This document shows positions 63,844-64,000 of a stretch of 64,000 nt of DNA, piece after piece. The notes under the pieces are model-generated. The model did no database searches. It had not been told where the DNA came from and saw nothing but the letters and a program-made list of their open reading frames with translations. Numbering within the stretch: the stretch's first letter is position 1; every line of letters begins with the position of its first letter. The position numbers and the translations under genes were made by a program. Origin of the DNA: a virus; the IMG/VR virus record IMGVR_UViG_3300015371_000010, positions 18,688 through 82,687 of that record; one strand, 5' to 3'.

Positions 63844-64000
63844 TGTTCACTCTCCTCCGGTCCCATCACTCGCTTCGCCTTCTGGGCGATCTCCTGGACC
63901 TGCGCGAAGCCGATATCCAGGTGGTCAGCGCAGTAGCGCTCCCCATTGATGGCGACCACCGCCTGGTTCACGCACCCCGTCTTCTCGCACAGCCCGTTCA
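63840..64000 (-). CDS. Partial small Zn-finger protein
   Basis: ..LCEKTGC...RYCADH...*; start lies beyond the window. Confidence 0.55.
   Translation of the reverse strand, partial: NGLCEKTGCVNQAVVAINGERYCADHLDIGFAQVQEIAQKAKRVMGPEESEQ

Noticed and set aside
1-64000. Prophage boundaries, integrase or host genes
   Set aside because: None recognised; the whole window reads as phage, so lifestyle cannot be determined from it.

Overview
This window is most of the genome of a high-GC tailed dsDNA phage with siphovirus-type tail genes. WhiB, the holin type and leaderless promoters point to an actinobacterial host. Plus strand, about 0.1-13.3 kb: replication and recombination genes (DnaB helicase, DnaG primase, SSB, compact DnaE polymerase, HNH, Cas4-like exonuclease, two EEP-fold proteins, RHH, RuvC, WhiB, probable TerS). 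About 13.3-25.4 kb: a fibre cluster with holin and CHAP endolysin. About 25.4-55.2 kb: TerL, portal, an expanded head module, neck and tail genes, and a tape measure protein with M23 and transglycosylase domains. Minus strand, 55.3-64 kb: an accessory arm with a ParB-like protein, an AAA+ ATPase, small membrane proteins and structured intergenic hairpins. The most striking signal is in the head module. Four genes share a SAFG(V/I)(D/E)HG motif next to a hydrophobic-x-K site that recurs through the scaffold, protease and other head proteins, and it is attached to basic Gly/Ala-zipper peptides. This suggests an undescribed capsid-targeted, protease-released cargo or polyprotein system. Also notable are a circularly permuted EEP nuclease/phosphatase, an apparent daisy-chain of fibre proteins, and many leaderless starts. 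All calls come from reading motifs by eye; no database search was run. I saw no integrase, tRNA or CRISPR array.
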